Of a stretch of 64,000 nt of DNA, positions 40,801 through 52,260 are shown one piece after another (position 1 is the first letter of the stretch; each line of letters opens with the position of its first letter). Origin of the DNA: Haliotis cracherodii (Eukaryota); assembly GCF_022045235.1 (NCBI RefSeq), contig NW_027266265.1:29140001-29204000 (forward strand). Reading direction: 5' to 3'. The notes under the pieces were generated by a model. The model did no database searches. It was not told the DNA's origin and saw only the letters and a program-made list of their open reading frames with translations. The translations under genes and the position numbers were made by a program.

Positions 40801-42444
40801 TTAAACCCAACTCATTCTTCTTCATTAGGGATAAACTTCCCGACTTCCATCCATTCACGCTAGTAGATATAGAATACTTTTCAAAGCGGGGTATACCCAA
40901 ACCACTCACTTACTCTCTGACATTAGCTGCCGTACCTGACACAGTGTGCTGCCGTCAGTATAGAGTTCTTGCTGATAATGGACGCCCCGCACTCATATTT
41001 TCTGCGTCCTTGTTTGTAAAGGTGAACTGACCAGGGAAACTCCCTGTCTAAAGCTTCTGTACCACCAACTATCCGGAGCCCAGGGTATCGAGATGCATTG
41101 CCTGTCACCGAGCTGAATCCACAGGAAGGAGTGGGGTCTGGAAATATAAAGAGTCACATACCATGTTAATTAAAGTCATGAAGTGAGTGAAAACTATTTC
41201 AGCTACATCTCGGCACAAAGTGGGAGGAGAGGCCGAAGTGATACAGGTCAAAAACGTTCACAACTTTGGTTAAATCCACGAGCACGGGAATGGTGCTGAC
41301 AAACCTAGAAACATAATCAGGGCGAACCGGGATTTGAACCAACAATCATAGGTTTCATGGCGAGCCAAAGGGACGCAACTCTGCACAGCGAATTGCAGCG
41401 CCTTAGACGACTGGGCCAACCCCTATGTTCCATTGACATACATGCACTAAGACGGCTATATGTGGCAACAACATTGTTCAAGTCATACCTGTGCATCGGT
41501 AGTAAAACAACAGCAGAAAGCAGAGGGGAGAAATTTCGGAACATTTCTGGAAATGAAGACACATACTGGCTCTGACGTCTTCAGTGGCTGGAAATATAAA
41601 ACATATTTCAAGAGATGAACGAAAACTAGTGTATCGCCAAGCACTTGTCTATTTCTTACAAGTACACACTGCATGCACTTACCAATGCAGCAGTGAGACA
41701 TTTATTACAACTACCCGTATGTAAGAAGATGATAATGATATAACAAACATATAACCAATTTTCATTATACATTGAAATTCCAGTACCTTATATATGTTTG
41801 TGGAAAAGTTGACCACACTTAGGATTAGGTTACAAATGGATTGTATACTCCCCAGAGAGTTAAGAATGCAAATTGAATGTACACTGATACAGGTAATTAT
41901 TGTACACGATATGGTCATCACAAAGTAGACAAAAACCTACTACTGAGGTATTATAAGTTTTCATCCATAAATGTTTTGTCTACTTTATCATACTACAAAT
42001 TCTATGGTCATGCTTTGTTTCAAATGCACATTTGATTATCAGTTCCTCCCACTTCAATTATGCGTTTTCATACTCAAATCAGAAGGAGTGTTGCCATTTG
42101 AATGTAAACTACAACTTTCAGTTCTAGTTAAGAGGCATCCCGGATAGATATGGTCGCCGATTATATCGTATGCCTGCTGCAAAAGTAGGCTTAATGTGTG
42201 TCATATACATGTGCTCCTGATGTCAACCATTGGTTGACCTTGTCCAGATCTGATTATTTGCTGACCTGCGTTATACAGCTGTACTATTGCCTTCAGAGGA
42301 GTTAAACAATATTAGTACATTGAAATAGGATTATATTTATTCTTAAATCTAAATAATGTATATTAATAACTCACCTGCAAATGTAGAAATATACACGAGC
42401 GTCAACAAGACGCACATTGTTATTTGATATAGACCGAATGCCAT
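37866..42444 (-). CDS. SP3: secreted trypsin-like S1A serine protease lacking the Cys module (about 291 aa, 7 exons including a probable 21-nt micro-exon)
   Basis: Exons 42444-42375 (MAFGLYQITMCVLLTLVYISTFA), 41587-41567 (micro-exon, less certain), 41137-40936 (CG..LR|IVGG..TAAHC), 40163-40045, 39122-38976 (NDVAVV..GWG), 38367-38210 (GKDACN), 38024-37866 ([17 protein letters not shown]). Minus-strand AATAAA at about 37833. Confidence 0.9.
39754..39901. repeat. 21-bp minisatellite, 7 units
   Basis: (TTGTTGTGTACACATAACTTG)n variants. Confidence 0.9.
41178..41422 (-). mobile_element. SINE family C
   Basis: Matches 50843-51123, e.g. GGTGCTGACAAACCTAGAAACATAATC and GCGCCTTAGACGACTGGGCC. Confidence 0.8.
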
Positions 42445-43890
42445 CTTGAACGTGGTTGAGATAAAATGAGTAACAAAAATGTTGTTCGTGTGATGAAACA
42501 AATCACACAAGTTATCTGGTTCTTCTCCGCCGCCTTAGAAATGCAATGACAACTTATAGTTGCTTCAAGATGTGGGCAGTGCCGCAGATCCGTAATGATG
42601 GCTACATGTAGGTGGAGAAGCACCTCATTAGTCACGCCTATCACCCGTGGGGAAATCCGAGAAGTAACACCCGATTATGCGTCATGGCTGTTCATTTAGG
42701 CTCAACGCATACCAGAACAGAGTTCGTCAGCATCATAATACTATGGGCATTATGACACAAGAGACAACGTTTGGTTACTATATGGATTTATATTTGAAGG
42801 ATGTTGACAGAGGCACAGTTATAACGACAAAACCATACAATTCCATGTACTTCCTTGTCCAGTGAAGACGTTTTGAAAATCGTGGCGTTCTATTTGACAA
42901 CGTCATAAGATGGGAACGAGGAAGATTCTGTCGCATTGTCCAACCTGGTCATGTAAATATATTTTTGTCAAAAACGTGTGTACAGATGACCCTTGGGCCA
43001 ACACTGCACACTAAAATCTTTTAAAAAGTCGTGTGTGTGTCTAGTACATCCAAGTGAGGAATAACTGAAGATGCATACAGTCTATTTACTACCTTCATAG
43101 ACGACATTGTTACAAATATTTATATGTCAAATACCTTGGTAAGATGAACATAGAAACCTTACATTATATTCATTTCAAATATTACATCTCCACTTAGGTA
43201 ATGCTCACGTCAGAGCTTTGCAAACATTTAATGCTGAGTGAGCTGATGAAAGGGAATACTGTGGGACAGTAACGCCCTCGAATTTAAACCATGACAGAGA
43301 ATTAGAGTGTTTGTACTATCGGCGTAGCTCGAAATGTGTAATATGTACAATAAACGAAATTTCTTTTCAAGACTATTTGAACACGTTCTGTTATCAGTGA
43401 TCACTATTGAGTTTGATTTAGAGCCCCTTTGAACAATTTTTTCTTTGGTCAAAGGGAAATTCGCAATGACGCAGGTCGTTAGTTGGGTGCTACTCTGTTT
43501 TTGCATATCACGACGGAGGACTCCAAAAAGGATCGTCACTCATTGTACCCATGTGGGACTCGAACCAGGCCCTTCGCTTTGACTAGTGAACCACAAGGCT
43601 ATCTTATCGCCTTTATCATGTGAGGAACCTCGAGCAAGGTCATAATGTGGACAAATACAGAAACAAGAACAGGACGAATCTGTCTTGGATTTGCGGATTC
43701 TGACGCAACTAAGGGACGCAACGTGTTGAGTTTTAGATTATCAAGAGGTTCAAAACGATTATATCTAAATGTGTACGTCTCTTATAACAGTAATATTGAT
43801 GTGAATATTCAAATGTATTCAGTATGAATCTATCGCATAAATTAACACATAATGACATCGGCCAAGCAGGTGTCCCTCCCAGAGAAGTAG

Positions 43891-46800
43891 TCAGTTCATC
43901 TGGGACGTTATCCAGTCAATATACTGTGGCACGTAGGCATACACTCCTGGAAACAGAGCTCGACCACAGCCATTTCCTCTGGATACTACACCATATACAA
44001 CCCACTTGTCACCATCAGGACATATCAGAGGGCCTCCGGAATCTCCCTGGAACAATTCATTGAAGACATCAGAAGCAATTGATAAATGAATCGATATCAC
44101 AACTTAGTTAAACTCAATGTCATTCTTTTGTTGAAGAAAACGCAAAAACATGACCATACACGTTTGATTTCTTGGTTGTGTATGTGCTGTCTATGTGTAA
44201 GTGCTCGTGAAATCACACCATAGAGCAGGCGATCATAGCTTTCATTATTAGATGGAATTGACCAAAGCTCAAAGGTCTGTATAAAAATGCGCCCAGATAA
44301 TGATTGGAACGCCCACATGATGGGTATCTAATTAAAGCCCTTAAAACATGCTATCCAATGATGTATTACACAAAAACATTAATTTATCTTTATAAAAAAG
44401 TCCTTTTCCACGCACCGTGCAGGCATCAACTCCCCCAGTGCCATAAAATCCGGCACACACCTGTCTCTCCGAGACAAGGATGTAGGAGTTGTTGGAGTAG
44501 GCTCGTTGACATGAGATGCGGGGCACCAAGGGCACAGCTGCCTTTTGAAGACTATCCGGGAACCTATTACCGTTTTCTTTAAAGAACGAGGAAGAGATGA
44601 CTCATTTGATGACACAGGATTGTAAATATGTTGTAGACTGCACAACATTTGACATGAACATCCGAATGTCCAAGTGGTTAATTGGATATGCCGTAGTGTT
44701 CAGTTGCAGTGGATCAGTTTCAGCTTAATAACAAAAACATAAACATACACATTCCATAATAAGTTGTCCTTTGAAGTATATCAGCATGAATATCAAAAGC
44801 TGAGTGTTATTTATTGCAATAAAATGTTAATATAATGATTTTTATTTCGTAAGAATGTAGACCAGCGGCCCAAATTCAGAGCATACAACATATTGCGATA
44901 TAACAGCGGTTAGTGAAATATTGGCAGACTGTTTCAGTGGAAGAGAATACAATTATCACTGAAATGCGAATTTAAAGGAACCACAGCTACAAAACTAAAT
45001 ATTAAAACAATACTGGTTATGACATGATTCCCGCCGCAAAGTGGCTGCATAACCGTTGCTAACACTCTTAATAGCGTTTACCATGTTCTTTTGACGAAAT
45101 GTTTACCATTTAGAATTCCCCATCCAGCGATAATACATCTGCCGTTGCTATCATAGGATGAGCCGGCTTCAGGTAGACATATACTTCTGAGATTGTTATT
45201 CAGCGGCAGGGCTTCATGAAGAACCACAACAGCAATGTCATTGTCACCTGGAGAATCGAAGGAACAGCAATGACATGAGTGAATGTTATTTTACGCAGTC
45301 AGCAGTAATCAAGATATTACACGGCGGCCTGTACATGATCCAGTCTGGTGAAGGACAAACTGGTGATTCATTTTGTGAGCAACCACCAACGCCTTCGGAT
45401 GGAATGACACTACAGCATCCAAGTCACCGGGTCTGACCACCTGATCCAATTACGTTAAAAAATAGAGTTCTGGGTATGTAATCTTACCGGGCTAATATAA
45501 GCAGTCGTAGACAAGATTAGCAGCTATCCACGGAGTAGGAGCAGAATAAGACCCAATCATGTAGGTGAAGATATTGGGACCAAGCAATTCGCTTCACGAA
45601 CAGGAACAAAGTATATCATTTTCATGAGCACTCTCCTTTGTATTTACCTGTACGACCAAGGGCAGAATAGGTTCCCGCGCTTGTCGGAAGAGTCGATTAA
45701 TGATAGTCGGATAATTACAATATGTGATCAGGTTGATGGTGTGTTATCATCCCCCGAAGTGTGGACCTTTAACACTAATGTGCATATTCATAATGCGTCA
45801 AATTCACACCCTAAAGCATGCTCAAATGAAATCGTCAATTGTCCAGCTCCCTGGGGAGTTACACTCCATGTGAGGTGCTAGATCGTTAACAGTCACGTTA
45901 CCTTCTCATCCTATCGGGTACCCATTCGCCGCTGGGTTAACAGAGGCATATTTCGAACAAAGTCACTGCGTCGGCACCACATGCGCTACATGTGTTTCAG
46001 TGTTGGGCAGGACCGAAGGCCCAGAACTAAACAACTCAAGCACCCATCCAACTACCCTCGGCGACAAACATCGCTTAACTTCACCTGATTTGTAAACTGT
46101 GATCTGTACTCCGGACCACGTGTCACCTTTGCCCTTGTTGTGAACCACATGCCCGGACCGTGATGAAGCTGACATCCTGCTGACTGTCGCGTGAACACAT
46201 AAAGACAGTGCCCCATACTTGTTCATGTTAGTAGAGTTGACTAAACTGTTACAACTGATTATGTGTAATCGTCGCCGAGGTATGGATCGTTGCTCATATT
46301 GTCAAAGACTTGATTGAAAGAACTGGAATATCTACTTGATATAACTGGGGGTTTTCAAGATTCACTCTCAGATGTGTGTTGTTTGGCTCTAAGCTAATTT
46401 TCAGAAGAAATATACAAATGTAACCATTATTTTTTAAGGATTCCAGAAGTTATCATTATGATATAGCATACCGTTTGTTGGATTATAATCAGGATGGACG
46501 CTGATCCGACTCGCACGAACATAGACGAGTTGGGATAGTCTTGTAGATCCATATCCAATTCTCAAGGATTTTGGGCGTCTCACAAGGGATCTGTGGTGGC
46601 AAATAGTTATCTTTATACTAATAATAGATACCTTTGTATAAGCTTTGGTTATAAAAATTACATGTACACTATACAAATGAACTAAGATATACGAATTAAT
46701 ATGTATGGTATCGAGATTATGCATGTTGCAGTCATTTACACGGATAAAAGCGACAAAACCCTTTCCAACAATTCCGACAATATTATGAACTTACGTAAAT

Positions 46801-49048
46801 TACAATCAATTAGTGATAACATGCCTCAATGTTCAGAGAAGTTCTAAGATAAATGGTGTGCGAGAGGCACGATACATGGGACACGTATCAATGACAGAAG
46901 TCCGCCATGACCATGGAGTAGCCAATCACGGATCTGGAATTCGATCCCACGAATATCATTCATACCAGTTTTCTGAATTGTGTTTCTCACCCTCAGGCAT
47001 GTAGGAAATCCAGGTGAGCAGTAGCGTATGTACTTTTTCAAACCCACTTAATTGCCTATATATTTATAGATACTACATGTGGGTCTCCCATTAACGCTAA
47101 GTGTCAACTAGTTGTCATATATTGATAACACATATTTTGCAGTTAATGCGGGACACTGGTAGCACAGTCGTCTAAGGCGCCGCAGGTCGCTGTTCAGAGT
47201 TACGTCCCTTGGACACACCAGAAACCTACGATTGAATCCCGGTTCGCCCCGATTATGTTTCTAGGTCTGTCAGCACGATACCCATGGTGGTAGTTTTTTA
47301 CCAAAATGGTTAACGTCAAAGACCTGCATCACTTCGGACTGTCTTTCCACATTAAGCTGACCCGTCGTGATAACTGGAATACTGTTCAAAGCGACGTTAA
47401 ACCCAACTGACTCATTCATAAATGTCATGTTCACATGTACTTGTATTAATTATTTGGGTAATATTTATAAAGCATGTTTTCTATTGACTTAATGATATCA
47501 TTATCTTTGAAATAAAATTTGCACTATTAATTTACTTAAATCAACCTCATTCTCTACAGTCAATACTTTTTAGTTTAATAATTAATAAAAGTACATATAT
47601 ATTTGTGCACTGGTCAGAAATACACGTGTCAGATACCTGACACAATGGGCGGCCGTGAGGATGACATCTTTTCTGATGATGGAGCCACCACACATGCCGA
47701 TCAAAGATTCCTCATCTTCCACGTTAACAGTCCATGGGAACTCTCTCTCCACTGCGTCTACACCGCCGACGACGCGCGGCATAGCGTACAGAGACGCCCT
47801 TCCAGTCACGCGGCTCACCCCACACGCCGGCTCTAAGTAAAACCAGTCAAATGGCTTAAAACAATTTCAATATATTTGCTGACGAATGCTATTCAAAACT
47901 AAGTAAGGATACGAATTTATGGAACTGATATATTGTTTCAGTACAATGCTATTATTTAAAAGTGAAGTTCCCATTTCACATGTCCAACTTATAATTTTTT
48001 AACAGTTATGTATGTAAAGTTATACCTTTATTAAGGGTAATCATAATAATAAGAATTTTATAAAAAAAATAGCATATCCACGGTAAAACTTTAGTCAGGT
48101 AAATGTGAATACGATTAAATTTAATTCTCTAGACATATTATCAAACTGAGAACACAGGTTTGAGTAAACCTTTTGATGATAATTATATCAACTGAATTTG
48201 TAAAGCATAATTTCATGTCAACTATTAAATATACGTAGGCACATTAGGTGAGTGACATGATATCGTGTTTGGAATTAAGACATTAATACAAGAAAATGCT
48301 TTGGGGGGTAAATCATGAGATAAATAAGTCACCAAATAAATGGAAATTCTGACCCCTAGCCTAAAATGGGCCATGGAATTAATGCGGGTATCCTTACTAT
48401 TGACAATTTAAAAACACTCTCTTATAATTCGTCAGCCACCATATACTAAGGGAAACTAACCGATGTCAATAGTATAGCTTTAATGCATAAATACGTTACC
48501 AGTATTTCGCGCAATGTTAAAATCAGTACAGTTGTAGTATCCAAACAGCACCGGACAGAGAAGAGAAGTGTCGAAACAATTCAGTAAAGACACACAGAAA
48601 CGTGCTCTTCTTTGCGCAGCTGAAATATAAATGATTAAATATCATATGATGAAATAATAATTAATAATGTTTAAACCCGCTATAACACGGCAATATTACT
48701 GCTGGTGTCCTCAGGTCTATGCTTCACACGATCTAACCCGGGGCTCGACAGGACGAAATAATGCATTGACATCTGCATGTACATGTTGGCTACTTGAACG
48801 TCAAATTAAAAGTGAACAATGAGACTCAATTGTCGGGAGAACATAATGACATCATGTTGGTTAAATATTTCTACCCAGCAACATGTTAACAACATTCTCA
48901 ACATAAAGATTTTTTCTCTCAAAATGAAAGCATGTTGTGTTCATTGTAAATACAAAACACATTTAGGCTTACCTCCACACCAGCACAAGAAGCTCAAAAC
49001 AGTTACACGGAAAATCAGACCTCTTCTTATATTCCAAATCATTGTCAT
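43891..49048 (-). CDS. SP4: secreted trypsin-like S1A serine protease with 4-Cys N-terminal module (about 322 aa, 7 coding exons)
   Basis: Exons 49048-48973 ([25 protein letters not shown]), 48619-48500 (Cys module), 47832-47637 (CG..PR|VVGG..TAAHC), 46590-46472, 45247-45107 (NDIAVV..GWG), 44576-44416 (GVDACT), 44046-43891 ([16 protein letters not shown]). Total 969 nt. Confidence 0.92.
47150..47417 (+). mobile_element. SINE family C
   Basis: Aligns along its length with the reverse complement of 50843-51123. Confidence 0.82.
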
Positions 49049-50842
49049 TTTGTTCCCGTAGTTTACACTATCAGATCATATTTATCTCTTCTGAATTGTA
49101 TATGACTGAACCTTCATAACAAAGGCTTTTTCCTGATAGAAAATCTGACTCAAGCCACAGAACAAAGGTCCTTTCCTGCTTAAAATCTCACCACAGGAAA
49201 CTAAGCCTCAAACTAAAACTATCGCATGTGTACGGACTCATTGATACCCACTCAAATCCGGGTTCTTACCTAAAGCAATTAACAAGCGAGCGTCAGCAGA
49301 GATCTGTCAAGCTGAAAGCTTTGAAGTATGTACTCAAGTAACAAGTTGGCAATTAAATCTTGAAACTAATGAATGTTTGAAGCAAACTACAAAGAATAAT
49401 GATATGATAGTAGTGTGTGTACAGATTTTTAGTAATTTATAAGCTTTATTCAATCGTTGGGTAACGACGACAAATTCCATAGCAATAAACCCATGCACAT
49501 ATGCAGTTTTGCATAAGCCATGTTTAGGTAGGACTTACGAGAGACAACACAAGCCTTGAAAATACCTTCCAACAAATCATGTTTCTAAATGCAGCGACAC
49601 TGGCGATAATCCACAATTAAAATTCCTTGTTGCGGGTAGTTAAGGTTTGCCGTCAGTCAATATGTATTCTCTGTTGGATACATTTAATAAAAATATGCTC
49701 GAAGTAGTTGTATTTATATGTTGGGGTGATTGACGAACAGGGAGTGTCTTCAAATATTCTGTCGTTACTTGAAGTTTGGTTGATATCATGAGGTTTGATA
49801 GTCAAATGTTTCCACAAAAGATTTCTTAGAACTCGTAATAAGTGTGTTACAAAATGAACAGTAACATAAAGAAGGTAAAAAAGAAACAGTCACCACAATC
49901 ATCGACTGCATTAAAAGGTGTTCTGAAGAACATGCTTTAAATAAATGTTAGGCCGCTGGAACAAAAGATCCAGTCTGACTCCTAGGTACAATTTATGATT
50001 GGCAATCTTTTATCCAATACCTTAATCTTGCTGGACGATGGCTGAAAGCGGCGTAAGATTCCTCACTGAAAATGAGAACAATGTATAATTATAGAAATTG
50101 TTTTGGGGTTTTGATGGGAATATTCTTACATGTATTGCAAAGTTTAACATGTTGCTAGGAAGAAGGAGAGTGTTTTAACAACTAGATTACCACAAGGTCT
50201 TCTTTGAGGCGTTGACAAAGTTTTATCAAAACATTTCTTTCATTGTATGATTAATTTGTCTGATCATGTTTATCAACACATTTGAAACGATAAATACATA
50301 TGTGAAATCGCCTGACAGTATATTAGAGTGAGAGGTATTTGAAAACGTCCATAAATATATTATTAACACTTCAAGGCAGAATTGGACAGAAGAAAGGATT
50401 CGATTTCAAAGAAACCCACCTGTTGATGAGGTTGAAGATTACCATCCAGTTGGATGATGTTCCATGATATGTGAACATTCCCACACCAAAACGAAGCATA
50501 ATGTGGAGACATACATGTACAGTTTGTGTGCCAAATACAAATAATCGACCCAAGGATAATTCAAGGGTCTCACACTACCTCTTGTATGCTTGAACAAGTA
50601 CCTAAACATGGATGCATGTATGTCTTATATCAAAGTGACAAACCCATTTCCATATTCATAAGCAATCACTGCTAAAGAAACATATCTCTGAATGATATAC
50701 ACAACAGGCGTATTTAAGGAGAGGCAGGTATCTGACTTGAGCAAGGACTAATATAATTACATTTTTTGCTTGTATCTGTTAGGTGGGAGCAAAGGTTAGG
50801 AGGTGAAGCACTCGATAGCTTTTTGAATGTGTATCCGTAATT

Positions 50843-51123
50843 AGTGAGTGTGTGAGTTGTGTTTTACACCGCATTTAACAGTATTTCCATTTATATCGCG
50901 GCGTGTCAGCTTAATGTGTGAGGAAAGCCCGAAGTGATGCAGGTCTCTGGCGTTTATCACTTCGGTGAAACCCACGAGCACGGGTATGGTGCTGACAAAC
51001 CTAGAAACATAATCGGGGCGAACCGGGATTCGAACCCACAATCATAGGTTTCTGGCGTGTCCACGGGACGCAACTCTGCACAGCGAATCGCGGCGCCTTA
51101 GACGACTGGGCCACCCGTGCCCC
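50843..51123 (-). mobile_element. tRNA-derived SINE family C, full length
   Basis: Head GGTGGCCCAGTCGTCTAAGGCGCC..GGTTCGAATCCCGG, same 3' core as family B, ACTC tail. Confidence 0.85.
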
Positions 51124-52260
51124 CACCCCCCCCCCCCCCCCCCTCCTCCCCCCTCATTGTGCGCAGCATTAAGTAACGGAATATAGGATTTTCTAACAAA
51201 CCTTTAGTCAGGCATATGTAAACTTTCACGCCGATATTTTATAACGCTTTACAGACATACATATAGTGGGTATCTTCCCCATTCACCTCTTATATAATGA
51301 TTTGCAGTTGTACATTTAACACTCAGAAAGCGCTTACAGGCAAACAGGTACAGTTTCAATTTCTTTCAATTCACGATTTATACCTAATTACAATCTACTT
51401 ACTGAGTATTGTGGACAGCTCCAACCTAATATTGACAAGTAATTGGACCATGCACGCTTTAGGGAATCAGAGATGTGTTTTCTCCAGTATGTGACTTATG
51501 GCACACGTATACTGAAGCCCCTAAATATTTTTTGAAATTGATATTACAGTCTGCAGCTTGATAATGATGCACCTCATATGTACACATAATTTAAACGCCA
51601 ATTGTAAATCTGTTGAATATGTGCCCTTTATCACATCAATTTATTCAGAATGTTGGTGAATATGTAGTGAATGGTGAGTACTTTGATTGTGATAAAGTGA
51701 TGTCTTCTCGTTGTTGAACTATTTGTTTTGTGGTTTGTGGTTTGTGATGGGAAATGGAAAGAAAACACTTGCAAAAAATGTTACGGTTGTAAATAACCTT
51801 TGAAGATTCTTAACTACGTTGCTTTTGCCTTAAAAACACAGGTATACATGTACGACAACATCATCTGTATTAGAATATGACAATTACATTCCCATTTTAT
51901 GTGTGTCGTCAAAAATATGCTTTCGTCCTCCAGAATCTTATTATGTCTAGATAAGTGGGTTTAAGGCGGGACGTCATTAACAGATGACTCATGATATAGT
52001 TGGTTTTAGATTAAATACGTCCTTTAAATCTTAGAGTTACTGCTCAATTATAGCTCAGGGAGGAAAACGTCTTAATATATATAGGTATGTATACATGCTT
52101 CTCTTTGATCTTAATTGCACTTTGATTAAAAACACAAACGATTAGCCTTTAAGACCTACCCTGTGCATGTTGACCCAAGTACAACATACAAAAACCACGG
52201 AGTGAGAATCAGACGGGATCATCCAGCGAAGCAATGTTGAGTTGCCAACTGTCTTGAATA

